From: Paludibacter propionicigenes
GTDB lineage: Bacteria > Bacteroidota > Bacteroidia > Bacteroidales > JAIFNL01
Direction of reading: 5' to 3'
Assembly (NCBI GenBank): GCA_020721325.1
Contig: DYNA01000002.1
Location: forward strand, 1 to 64,000
DNA: 64,000 bases
Position numbers and translations under genes: made by a program. The notes under the pieces were generated by a model. The model made no database searches and had not been told where the DNA came from. It saw only the letters and a program-made list of their open reading frames with translations. Each line of letters opens with the position of its first letter. Position 1 is the first letter of the stretch. This document shows, in pieces, positions 19,439-29,344 of the stretch.

Positions 19439-21643
19439 TTAAAAACTCAATGTGGTTACTTTACTGCTGAGAGTAAATGTTTTTTTGAGCGTTCCGGCAG
19501 TGTAAACTCCACCCGAATATAAGCCGTTATTGAGCGTTCCGGTTGAAGAACCGCCTACATAAATGCTGTAAGTAACACCGGATTTTAGAGCCGATGAAGT
19601 GAAATGATACGAATATGATGCGCGCAAGGCTTTAAATGTTACAATATCGTTGCCCGAAGCATCTTGAATGTGAAAAATGGTTCCGGCTGAAATTTGCGAA
19701 CTTGATTTTAAAAACATGGAATATTGAGTTGTTGCGCTCGACATGGGCTTGTTCATGTTTGAGCTTGTGCCGCTCGAAATCAAAAATCCGCCGCTTACAA
19801 CAAAATTTCCATTGAAATCAAAATCTTCTTCCATACCAGAGGTGGGACCGTGTCCGAGCATGGTGCCGCCGTTGATGTAAATGTTTCCGTTGCTATCGAT
19901 GGCATCGCCCGAAGGTGAACTGAACACGATGAAGCCGCCGTTTACGGTTAAACTGCTTCCGTCATTGGACTCCGTGCCGCCGGCAACTGTTCCGGCTGTT
20001 GCATTGAGTCCATCGTTTGTGGCATTCACTTTTGCAGTGCCGTTGTTAAAGATAATGTACTTACTTTCAATGCCTTCTACTGCGGTTTGTACATCAATCG
20101 AACCACCATTTTGAATGATGGAAGCGGGCGAATAAATTCCGTCGTCGGAGGAATTTATTACAAGAATGCCGTTGTCGATGGTCAAAATTCCGGTGCTTTT
20201 CATGGCTTTGGGGTGTGCGTAGTCAGAACCCGAAACTAAGAATTTTGCGCCGGTTGTGGTTATTGTCAATTGCGGATTGTTAGCAGAATCGCCTACTTTG
20301 AGCGTTCCTTCTACTGAAATTCCTTTTCCGGCAGAACCGGAGCTTTTTAAAACGATTGTTCCGGCAAAAATGGTGGCATTGCCATCGGTGGTAATGCAAG
20401 TGGCTGAATACGAATCGGTTACTCCTGAAGAATTTTTATAAGTCGCGCCATTTCCCGAAGTTGTTATATTCAAATTGCCGCTCTTCATTGTAAAATCTAA
20501 GTCGCTTGAAAATCCCTTACCGCCTGTTCCTGAGCTTGTTATGGTTATGTCTGCACCGGCTACGGTTATGGAACTGTCGCTTTTAAAAGCTGTGCAATAT
20601 GAAGGGTCAAAACCCGAACCAGATGTTGCAAGTACCACATTTCCAGAAGTTTTGACAGTAAAAACGCCACCATTCAAAAACATACTGCCATCGGATTTGA
20701 AAGCTTTTGATTGATTTCCGGTAACGGTTACATTAAAAACGCCTCCCGAAATGAGCAGGGTGCTGTCGCAAGAAATGGCTTTCGCATCAATTGCGGAAGA
20801 ATTTATTGTTAAGTTGCCGCTCAAAATAGTAACTCTGCCTTCGCTGTCGATTCCGTCTCCGGCGGAAGTTAAAGTTAAATTTCCATTTTCCATAGTGAAA
20901 TAATCTTTGGCGTGAATGGCATCGGTTGCAGCTTTTGAAACCGTAATGTTGCCCGATTCGATTTTTATGTAGTCGTCGCTACAAAGTGCATGTTTATAAA
21001 AGCCTGATAATGTTAAACTTCCCTGTCCGGTGAAAATCAATTGTCCCTCGCTAAAAAATGTCCCTTTTTGGTCTTCTTCGCTTTCTTCGTCGTAAGAAGT
21101 GCCATCGGATAATGTGTTTTGAGTGTTATCTACCAGATACACAGTGGATTTTGTAGAAGATTGAATATTGATAGCCGGTCCGTATTCGTTGGTAATGTTC
21201 ACACCGTTGAGCAAAAGATTGAAACGCTTTTCGCTGTAAATTTTAAAATATCCGTTTGAAGTAGAACCGCTCAATTTGTAGTCAATATCTCTAATTTCAT
21301 TGTTCGAAATTACAGTAATTTTTGCACCCGTTCTATAAATCTCAACACCTTGAAAAGCAAAGGGATTGATAATAGTAACTTGGTCTTGATTGTAAATAAT
21401 TTCTACGGTATTTGAATTTTCGCCAAACGAAATGCTATCAATTTGAGTTACATAAAATTCTTTGGTAATTTCACCTACTTTGAAATGAATTTTTTGTCCC
21501 TGCTGCGTAAAATAGGCACTGTCGGTATCGGCAACGTTTGCGCCAAGCGTGATTTTATCCGTTTTGTGTATCAACATTTTTTCTTGAGAAAAAAGCAACG
21601 AACCAAACAAAAAAATAGAAACGGTTAAAATAATTTTTTTCAT
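19439..21643 (-). CDS. Secreted repeat protein, probable parallel beta-helix/adhesin-like
   Basis: Signal peptide (MKKIILTVSIFLFGSLLFSQ), then 700 aa of Gly/Ser/Thr/Asn-rich short repeats (SGNLTI, GGVF, TSGNG...) suggesting a beta-helix. No T9SS CTD at its own C-terminus. Confidence 0.6.
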   Translation of the reverse strand: MKKIILTVSIFLFGSLLFSQEKMLIHKTDKITLGANVADTDSAYFTQQGQKIHFKVGEITKEFYVTQIDSISFGENSNTVEIIYNQDQVTIINPFAFQGVEIYRTGAKITVISNNEIRDIDYKLSGSTSNGYFKIYSEKRFNLLLNGVNITNEYGPAINIQSSTKSTVYLVDNTQNTLSDGTSYDEESEEDQKGTFFSEGQLIFTGQGSLTLSGFYKHALCSDDYIKIESGNITVSKAATDAIHAKDYFTMENGNLTLTSAGDGIDSEGRVTILSGNLTINSSAIDAKAISCDSTLLISGGVFNVTVTGNQSKAFKSDGSMFLNGGVFTVKTSGNVVLATSGSGFDPSYCTAFKSDSSITVAGADITITSSGTGGKGFSSDLDFTMKSGNLNITTSGNGATYKNSSGVTDSYSATCITTDGNATIFAGTIVLKSSGSAGKGISVEGTLKVGDSANNPQLTITTTGAKFLVSGSDYAHPKAMKSTGILTIDNGILVINSSDDGIYSPASIIQNGGSIDVQTAVEGIESKYIIFNNGTAKVNATNDGLNATAGTVAGGTESNDGSSLTVNGGFIVFSSPSGDAIDSNGNIYINGGTMLGHGPTSGMEEDFDFNGNFVVSGGFLISSGTSSNMNKPMSSATTQYSMFLKSSSQISAGTIFHIQDASGNDIVTFKALRASYSYHFTSSALKSGVTYSIYVGGSSTGTLNNGLYSGGVYTAGTLKKTFTLSSKVTTLSF

Positions 21644-22116
21644 TGTTTTATAAATTTAAAAATTTGATTGTTCGTTTTTAAAATATAAAATCCTTTGCTC
21701 AAGGAAGTAACATCAACCGAAGCTCCGACTTCTAAATCATTGATTTGCATTACTTTACTTCCATCAATTCGATAAATGGAAAGCATTAAATTTGGGGTTG
21801 CGTTTCCAAAATAAAGAAAATCGGTTGTTGGATTTGGGTATAAAAAAATAGCCTTAGAGCTTGATTCTGAGTTCTCTATGGCAGTGGCAACTCCCTCAAA
21901 ATAAATTTTTTTAACATCGGAAAGGTTTACACTTTCGTAACCAAAACCTACCTTTCGGTGAAGTAAATTGGCATCAGAAAAAATAAAATTTTGAATTTCT
22001 GTAAGCAAAATCTTTGTTTGCATATTGCTTTTTGTCTGAATAACAAAGCTTTGCGCAAAGCCGGATACAAAACTGAAGACTACAAAAAATATTGAAAAAA
22101 CAATTTTAATATTCAT
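21640..22116 (-). CDS. Small secreted protein with T9SS C-terminal sorting domain
   Basis: Signal peptide plus C-terminal LYPNPTTDFLYFGNA...LSIYRIDGSKV...GFYILKTNNQ, matching the Por secretion C-terminal domain consensus. Its TGA stop overlaps the ATG of the downstream beta-helix gene (ATGA). Confidence 0.7.
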   Translation of the reverse strand: MNIKIVFSIFFVVFSFVSGFAQSFVIQTKSNMQTKILLTEIQNFIFSDANLLHRKVGFGYESVNLSDVKKIYFEGVATAIENSESSSKAIFLYPNPTTDFLYFGNATPNLMLSIYRIDGSKVMQINDLEVGASVDVTSLSKGFYILKTNNQIFKFIKQ

Positions 22117-22504
22117 ATTTTTTTGTTTTTAAGATTTTTATTATCGAAAAAAAAACATCAAAAGTCTAAATTATTTCCAACTGAAATAAAAAATATCAAA
22201 AAAACATTTTTTTAAACTTTTAATCTTTTATACAAAAAAAAGAAAAAAAACAATTCCCGATTTTTTTAATCCACAAACTCACTTTTTTTATCTATAAAAT
22301 TTAATTTTACATCTACCAACTTCTTTTTAGAACTTTTATGCTTAATTTTTTGTTTTTGTAGGAAATATTACTTTTTTTTTCTATATTTGCACAACGACTA
22401 AAAGTGTATTTTTGATTTTTTTATAACTTTTAAAATTTCAAAAAAAGAAATAGAATTTATAAAAAAGGTTTAAATTAAGTTTAAAAACTCAAATTTTTCT
22501 AAAC

Positions 22505-23044
22505 ATGGAAACTTACAATCAAACAGAAATGAATGAACTGAAATGGAAAGTGAAAAAATTGCAAAAAATTGTAATTTTTTTAAGTTCGATAATAATTTTA
22601 TTAATATCATTATCAACTTCTTACATTTACAACACCGTAATTCAAGCCAATCGAATAGAAATAATAGATGAAAGTGGAAATATAGTGCAAGTGCTTGATA
22701 AAAACGGACTTAAAGCGAGCAATACGCACCAAAACCAATGGCATCAAAACAACAATTTTTATAATACCAACATGGTTCGTTTTGTTTACAAAAAAGTTGG
22801 TTCTTCGAGTGGTTTTGTCCAAATCAGTACGCTTTCGGGAGAATATATTGAAAGCCAAAATTATTACTCCCATTTCGACGAAAAAATAGTTATCAACAAT
22901 ACTTTTGAATATTATTTTGAAAAAAATAGTCAAAAAGTCTTATTCAACAATGCGTTGGAAATAGGAAGAGCCGAAAATATTGACAAAGCCATCGATTTAT
23001 GCCTTTTTCACTATGTAAATCAAATTTATCAAGGGAAAAATTAA
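22505..23044 (+). CDS. Hypothetical membrane-anchored protein
   Basis: 179 aa with one N-terminal TM helix and no recognisable motif. Converges on the MBOAT gene with a 4-bp overlap. Confidence 0.4.
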   Translation: METYNQTEMNELKWKVKKLQKIVIFLSSIIILLISLSTSYIYNTVIQANRIEIIDESGNIVQVLDKNGLKASNTHQNQWHQNNNFYNTNMVRFVYKKVGSSSGFVQISTLSGEYIESQNYYSHFDEKIVINNTFEYYFEKNSQKVLFNNALEIGRAENIDKAIDLCLFHYVNQIYQGKN

Positions 23045-24693
23045 AATTGAAAATAGATAAACGGCTGTAAATCAGCAGAACGCACTTGATAAATAATGAA
23101 AAATACTAAAATAGCAATTGCTCCTTTTACATAAATGGAAGAATGAATAAACCAATCTTGATATTTTTGTTTAAAACTATCTGAAAGCCAATGAATTATC
23201 ATTCCGAACAAAATTACGGAAAAAATTTCTTTGTAAGCTACCAACATGGCTGGGATTAATGAAAATGTCCAGTCATTTCCAATTTTGTACATTAAATTAT
23301 TGGCTTGCTCCAAACTATCGGCTCTAAACCAAATTCGTGTAAAGGAAATAAAATTGAAGGTTAAAAAAATGGCGTAAATTCTTATAAACCAATTGTTTGT
23401 ATTTTTAAACGGGCTTATTCGTTTCCAATATTTGTAAACAACCAACCCAATTCCATTCAAGCCGCCCCAAATAACAAATCGCCAACTTGCACCATGCCAC
23501 AAACCGCCCAATAACATAGTGAGCATCAAGTTGATATTGGTATCGATGGCTCTTCTAATGCGTGGAAATTTTTTGGCAATATAAATAACAAAAGCCAGTA
23601 AAATTAAAAATATAGGAATTACCAACCAATGATTGAATAAAAAGGCAACATAAAACATTATTAATGAAAACATTACATAACTAAAAATAGAGCCTTTTCT
23701 ATTTCCGCCTATCGGAATGTAAAGATAATCTTTGAGCCAAGTGGAAAGTGAAATGTGCCAACGTTTCCAAAATTCGGATACATCTAAAGCTTTGTAGGGT
23801 GAATTAAAGTTGGTTGGTAAATAAAATCCCATGAGCAATGCCACTCCAATGGCAATGTCGGTATAGCCCGAAAAATCTGCATAAACTTGCAGCGAATAGC
23901 CGTAAAGTGCCATTAAATTTTCAAAACCGGTATAAGCCATCGGATTTTCAAAAACTCGGTCGATAAAATTAACGGCAATGTAATCGGAAATGAACATTTT
24001 TTTTAGTAATCCTTTGAGAATCCAGAAGATAGCTAAACCAAATTCATACTGACTTAATTTATAATCTTTGTAAAGCTGTGGAATAAATTCGGAAGCTCTT
24101 ACAATAGGTCCGGCAACCAACTGCGGAAAAAACGACACATAAAAACCAAAATCGAGAATACTTTTTACCGGTTTAATTTTTTCTCTAAAAACATCTACCG
24201 AATAACTTATGGTTTGAAAAGTATAAAATGAAATGCCTACGGGCAATAAAATTCTATCGACATTGAAATTTCCTCCAAAGAAATTGGCAAATTCGGCAAA
24301 ATAATTGTGCGGTGCGATGTTTGTTCCCAATAAAGAATTGATACTATCGGTTACAAAATAGGAATATTTAAAGTAAAATAATACAAATAAATTGATAAAA
24401 ACACTTAAACTTAAGAGCCATTTTTTTCGCGAAAGCGAACTTGTTTGATAAATAAATTTAGCAATATAAAAATCGCTCAAGGTGGAAAATAAAAGTATGA
24501 TTACAAAAATTCCACTTGTTTTGTAATAAAAAAACAAACTTACAAAAAATAAATAAGCATTTCGCAAAGTTATTCGCTTGTATAAAAGCGAAAAAATAGC
24601 CAAAACAATGGCAAAAAATCCCCAAAAATACAATTGAGTAAAAATAATGGGTGCCTTTTCGTTAAAAACGAAAATACTTTTTAAATATTCCAC
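23041..24693 (-). CDS. MBOAT-family membrane-bound O-acyltransferase (PatA/AlgI/DltB-like)
   Basis: 550 aa, multi-TM, with the conserved MBOAT His region (FWKRWHISLSTWLKDYLYIPIGGNRKG). Confidence 0.85.
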   Translation of the reverse strand: MEYLKSIFVFNEKAPIIFTQLYFWGFFAIVLAIFSLLYKRITLRNAYLFFVSLFFYYKTSGIFVIILLFSTLSDFYIAKFIYQTSSLSRKKWLLSLSVFINLFVLFYFKYSYFVTDSINSLLGTNIAPHNYFAEFANFFGGNFNVDRILLPVGISFYTFQTISYSVDVFREKIKPVKSILDFGFYVSFFPQLVAGPIVRASEFIPQLYKDYKLSQYEFGLAIFWILKGLLKKMFISDYIAVNFIDRVFENPMAYTGFENLMALYGYSLQVYADFSGYTDIAIGVALLMGFYLPTNFNSPYKALDVSEFWKRWHISLSTWLKDYLYIPIGGNRKGSIFSYVMFSLIMFYVAFLFNHWLVIPIFLILLAFVIYIAKKFPRIRRAIDTNINLMLTMLLGGLWHGASWRFVIWGGLNGIGLVVYKYWKRISPFKNTNNWFIRIYAIFLTFNFISFTRIWFRADSLEQANNLMYKIGNDWTFSLIPAMLVAYKEIFSVILFGMIIHWLSDSFKQKYQDWFIHSSIYVKGAIAILVFFIIYQVRSADLQPFIYFQF

Positions 24694-24829
24694 TTTTTTT
24701 TAATAAAAATTTTATAAATCCGTGAATTAATAAAAGAAAGATTTCTTTTTCATAGTCAAATAAAACGCGCGTTTTCTTTTTTTTCATTCTGATGAAATGA
24801 AAAAAAGAATTTTTTTTTTGCAAAAAAAA

Positions 24830-26122
24830 TTAAGGTTGGTTTAAGTTTGTTAAATCGGGAAATTTTATAACATACTCTATTTGAGATAGTTCTCCTTCTC
24901 TATAATTTTCCGTATAATTGTCATACGATTTTAAAAAAGCATTGAACAACAAGTCGGCTTGTAAAAAATATCCGGCTTTGCTGAAATGAAGTTTATCGTT
25001 AGCTGTTAAACCGTCTTTGTGCCAGAGGGTTACAGAATTTAAACCGCCCATAATATTATAAAAATCCCAACTTGCCAAATTATGCTTTGCTGAGAGTTTT
25101 TTTATTTGTTCAGAAACCAATTGCGTATTTTGATTTACGTATCGTTTGTATAAATAGCTATCGTTTGGAACTGTCAATAAAATAGGTACATTGGGCAATA
25201 TTGTTTTTATTCGGGTAATGAGTGAATCGTAATTTGTGTAATAATATTCGGGATTGAATTTTTTTGAATACGCATCGTTAGTGCCTAAAGTCATTATTAT
25301 CCAATCGGGACGCAATGCTTTAAGCTGATTTTCAAGCAAATCGCAGCGCAAAAAAGCCGGAATGGTTGAACCGTTCACGCCAATTCCGTGATAAGTTATT
25401 CCGGGTTGGTCGGTTTCGAGTGATATTCCGTAAAGAGTGAATTGATTTTGTAAACTATCTGTTTTTGAGAAAGTTATTTCTAAAAAATTAGCTTCAGATT
25501 TTAATTGATAAAGTGTGTAGCCTTGTTCTGTATTGACTTCAATTATTTCATTTTCAACATTTTGAATATTTAAACGAAAAGACGAAGCACTTACATCGTG
25601 CAACACTCTTACACGGTTAAAAGTGTAAGGCAAATAAGAATCGGGACGAAGATAAATATTTAAAGATGAGGCAGTTGAAGTGGTTGTGGTTGATAAACCC
25701 GAAACTCCCAAAGTGCATTTCTTTTTGTATTCTACGTTTCTGCACGAAGTCCAAGTGCCGGTGTGGCGAATGTAATAGTTGCGCGGAACGTTGGTGCGCG
25801 TAAGATTGTAAGGAAATACAAACCCTCGACTGCCAACTAATCCGGGGTGCATGGTTTGCAAACGCTCTGAGAAGCGTCCGGGCAACGCGCCTGCTTGCAC
25901 GTGTGAGCCGCCAAAATGAACCACATTTATTTGTCCTTCACCGCGAAATATTAAATCATCGAATTTTTGATATAAATTAATATAAGCCGAACTGTCTTTA
26001 TAAAATTCAATTTTGTTAAGGTCATAACGCACAAAATCCCGATATTCAATATTATACGGATAATCTTGCGCTCGAACAATAACGGTGAGCCAGAAAAAAA
26101 TAAATGTTAGTTTTGTTTTCAT
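24830..26122 (-). CDS. SGNH/GDSL-family hydrolase or acyltransferase with N-terminal beta-sandwich domain (PatB/Ape-like)
   Basis: Signal peptide. SGNH blocks: I HFGGSH, III LGTNDA, V DKLHF (DxxH). 430 aa. Confidence 0.7.
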   Translation of the reverse strand: MKTKLTFIFFWLTVIVRAQDYPYNIEYRDFVRYDLNKIEFYKDSSAYINLYQKFDDLIFRGEGQINVVHFGGSHVQAGALPGRFSERLQTMHPGLVGSRGFVFPYNLTRTNVPRNYYIRHTGTWTSCRNVEYKKKCTLGVSGLSTTTTSTASSLNIYLRPDSYLPYTFNRVRVLHDVSASSFRLNIQNVENEIIEVNTEQGYTLYQLKSEANFLEITFSKTDSLQNQFTLYGISLETDQPGITYHGIGVNGSTIPAFLRCDLLENQLKALRPDWIIMTLGTNDAYSKKFNPEYYYTNYDSLITRIKTILPNVPILLTVPNDSYLYKRYVNQNTQLVSEQIKKLSAKHNLASWDFYNIMGGLNSVTLWHKDGLTANDKLHFSKAGYFLQADLLFNAFLKSYDNYTENYREGELSQIEYVIKFPDLTNLNQP

Positions 26123-26159
26123 TTTTATATCTTTTTATATAAATCCAACGGATTTATAA

Positions 26160-27671
26160 TTACTTATTTTTGCGTTTTAAATAATCGTTGTACTCTAAAA
26201 TAAGAGCATTGTAAAAGATTTTTGAAATAATTTCGGCTCCTTTGGGAGTAAAATGCGTAAAATCTTTTCCAGCCAGCGGTGGGTCGTGAAATACCCAACT
26301 GGGCATTGAGTTTTTTCCACCCATAGCTTCGTACATATCCCAAAAAACGGCATTGTACTTAAAAGCAGCCGTTCGCATGGCAGCAGCAATATTGGGTATA
26401 TTTGGATACGACACATATTGTCCGCCCTGATTTCGCGACATATCTGCCGGACCGATTACGATGATGGAAATATCGGGTTTTATTTGGCGTATTACTTCAA
26501 GTTGTTTGCCAAACATTTTCCCATAATAATCATAATTACTTGTTATATAAGGAGTTACATTTCCTCCAAATTCTAAAATCAAAAGCCTTACATCTAATTC
26601 GTGCAACATGGCTTTTAATAATTCCTTATTTTGGGTTGTAAAAACAAAACCGGAGCTTCCACGTTGCGGAACATTGTCCACTGCAATTCCATTTTCGGCA
26701 TCTAAACCAATAGCATAGATTTCAGGACTATCGGAACCGGAAAATTTGAATAGTAAGTTTTCAGGTGAATTGACAGTCCATTTGGCAGTCATTAGTTTAT
26801 TGTTTGGAGGTAAAATTTGAGTTCCAACCAATTGCTCGTTAGCAAAAACACTTACCTGCACAGGACTTTGGTTGAAACCATAAAAAAGCTTAACTTGCTG
26901 AAAATTATTGTTGTTAGCATAAGCTCTTTCGGAACGCTTAAAGCTAATAGAAGCCGAATAACCACCGGAAACGATTGTATCGGCTTTGTTAAAAGCTGTA
27001 TCAATTGTTCCGCGTATGGGCGAAAAGCGTGAAAATCCGGCTAAAATACCAAATCGCTGACCTTTTATGGAATTGGAATGTTCCATTGTGTTGTAGCGAT
27101 ACCATGAACCCGAATTTTGGTGTTTAATAGTAATTCCGTAATTATAAGGCTGCAAAGCCGGTAAAAGTCCCGGACCTCCACCGCCAAACTGTTGATGCAA
27201 ATTTTTACGAATTACCGAAGTTATTCTATCTCCTTCGAGTTGCGAATCGCCATAATGAACAATTCTAAAAACACCTTTTTTAGGTTTTTCTAAATCGGCA
27301 AAAAATTTATCTAATACCGTTTTATCATTGTTGGGAAATTGCAAACGCTGAATAGCCGTAATACTTTCTACTTCAATGCTTACGGTATCGGCTATTTCTA
27401 AAACTACTTTATAATCTTTGGTATATTCTTTTAATACATTGCGAAAAACAATTTCCTGAAAAGAAAGCAAAGCTGCCGTATCGCCTTTCTCTGATATAAT
27501 ACTTTGAATATCAGCATATTGAACGGGTTCTGCAAAAATATCTTCCAAAGCAGGCATTTCAAGTTTTTTTTCTTTAGTTATTTGAATGCCATTAACCGGA
27601 AACACCAGCATTACTAAAGCAATACTTAAAAAAACTGCTATTAAAAAAATTAAAGATTGATGTGGTTTCAC
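26160..27671 (-). CDS. SGNH/GDSL-family hydrolase or acyltransferase (PatB/Ape-like)
   Basis: 503 aa with N-terminal TM/signal. Block I HYGDSQ, Gly-Asn block EFGGNV, block V DFTHF (DxxH). Confidence 0.7.
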   Translation of the reverse strand: MKPHQSLIFLIAVFLSIALVMLVFPVNGIQITKEKKLEMPALEDIFAEPVQYADIQSIISEKGDTAALLSFQEIVFRNVLKEYTKDYKVVLEIADTVSIEVESITAIQRLQFPNNDKTVLDKFFADLEKPKKGVFRIVHYGDSQLEGDRITSVIRKNLHQQFGGGGPGLLPALQPYNYGITIKHQNSGSWYRYNTMEHSNSIKGQRFGILAGFSRFSPIRGTIDTAFNKADTIVSGGYSASISFKRSERAYANNNNFQQVKLFYGFNQSPVQVSVFANEQLVGTQILPPNNKLMTAKWTVNSPENLLFKFSGSDSPEIYAIGLDAENGIAVDNVPQRGSSGFVFTTQNKELLKAMLHELDVRLLILEFGGNVTPYITSNYDYYGKMFGKQLEVIRQIKPDISIIVIGPADMSRNQGGQYVSYPNIPNIAAAMRTAAFKYNAVFWDMYEAMGGKNSMPSWVFHDPPLAGKDFTHFTPKGAEIISKIFYNALILEYNDYLKRKNK

Positions 27672-27700
27672 CTTTTATTTTATTTTGTTTTTATCAAAAT

Positions 27701-29341
27701 TTATTTTACTTTAATCTTTAAAACTTGCCCAACATTTAATTTGTAATTTTTGGGCAATTTATTAAGTTTTATTATCATTTCTACACTTGTACCTTCAAAT
27801 TTACGCGAAATATCCCAAAGGTTATCTCCTTTTTTTACAGTGTAATAAACAAAATTTGACATATTGTTTACGCTGCTGCTTATTTCAAACCCTGAACTAA
27901 ATATATCGGAATTATTGTTTTGTGTAGTTGTTTTCTTTTCAGTTGATGCCGTAGAAGTTACCACTTTTTTACCCGAAGACTTTTGCTTTTCTGCAAAAGA
28001 TAATGAATTTATATCTTTGTATTTGGAAACTTCATATTGAGGAACATAAACGACTAATTCTTGTCCGGGGTAAATTGTTTTTTTGTAATACAAATTGTTC
28101 CAAGATTTTATATCGGTAATGCTTACGTTGTACCACTGGGCTATTAATCCCAAATTGTCGCCCGTCTTGATTTTATAAGTCAATTTTGCTTTATTTTTGG
28201 GAACTACTTCTTCAAAATATTCGGTATTTTTTTCGCTTGAAGTAACAACTTTAGGCGGTATAACAACCGTTTGTGGTGCTTGAAAATAAACTGTTGCATT
28301 GTATTTATAAATGGTATCTTCTAATGTTTTAAAGGCTTTAATATTTTTAGACGAAATTCGTAAAATATTATTGTCGTTAATGGGCTGAATAATACCCATT
28401 TTATACTCCGGATTCAAATCCTTTAATTCTTGCATTGATATTTTCAAAACCTCAGATATTTGTCCAAAATGAACTTTCTGTTTTACTTCAATATTTTCAA
28501 TATCTTCCGGCATTTTTATTTTAAACGGTACAATGTTGTAATCTTTATAATTCTGTGAAATATAAACACTTGCAATAAATGCCGGCAAATATTCGCGTGA
28601 AAATTGTGGTAAAAAATTATAAATTTTCCAAACATCGCGCTCGCCATTGGCACGGCTAATGGCTTTATTTACGTTGGCTGCGCCACAAAAATAGGCAGTA
28701 ATGGCTAAATTCCAATCGTGATAAATATCGAACATTTCTTTCAAATATTTTACGGCGGCCAAAGTTGATTTTTCAAAATCGCGCCTTTCATCGGTGTAAC
28801 TGGTAATATTCAAACCATAACGCTTTGCCACCGGATAGGAAAGTTGCCAAATACCTGAAGCTCCCGTGTGAGAAACGGCTGCCGGAAAAAAGGAAGACCC
28901 AACCATTGGCAGATACTTCAATTCTAAAGGAAGTTTGTATTTTTTTAAATTATCTTCTACAACTAACTCATAATGAGACACTAAGCCATAAGCTACTTCT
29001 ATTTTAGTTCTTTGATTGTAATCGGTATAAAATTTTATAAATTTATTAACTTCTTCATTGTAAGTTAATTTTATAAAACTTTCCATTTTAAGAAATTTCT
29101 TTTTTACCAAAGAATCTGAAATAGGCGTATTTTTTTTTGAAGGAGTTTTTCGTGCTGAAACCGTTTTTTCAACATAACTTAATTTTAATAAACTGTCTAA
29201 ATTGCTTAACAGCAAATTATTTTCAAAACCATAAGCATTGGCTTGCGTGGTATTTATATTAATTTCATTTTGGCTGTAGCCAAAAATAAAAAAATGTACA
29301 AATACCAACAAAATAAAGCTATTTTTTAAAATAATTTTCAT
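27701..29341 (-). CDS. Membrane-bound lytic murein transglycosylase D-like (SLT domain plus two LysM)
   Basis: SLT catalytic region (GASGIWQLSYPVAKRYGL...AYFCGAANVNKA) and two C-terminal LysM motifs (YKIKTGDNLGLIAQWYNVSITDI and YYTVKKGDNLWDISRKF). Confidence 0.8.
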   Translation of the reverse strand: MKIILKNSFILLVFVHFFIFGYSQNEININTTQANAYGFENNLLLSNLDSLLKLSYVEKTVSARKTPSKKNTPISDSLVKKKFLKMESFIKLTYNEEVNKFIKFYTDYNQRTKIEVAYGLVSHYELVVEDNLKKYKLPLELKYLPMVGSSFFPAAVSHTGASGIWQLSYPVAKRYGLNITSYTDERRDFEKSTLAAVKYLKEMFDIYHDWNLAITAYFCGAANVNKAISRANGERDVWKIYNFLPQFSREYLPAFIASVYISQNYKDYNIVPFKIKMPEDIENIEVKQKVHFGQISEVLKISMQELKDLNPEYKMGIIQPINDNNILRISSKNIKAFKTLEDTIYKYNATVYFQAPQTVVIPPKVVTSSEKNTEYFEEVVPKNKAKLTYKIKTGDNLGLIAQWYNVSITDIKSWNNLYYKKTIYPGQELVVYVPQYEVSKYKDINSLSFAEKQKSSGKKVVTSTASTEKKTTTQNNNSDIFSSGFEISSSVNNMSNFVYYTVKKGDNLWDISRKFEGTSVEMIIKLNKLPKNYKLNVGQVLKIKVK

Positions 29342-29344
29342 TCG

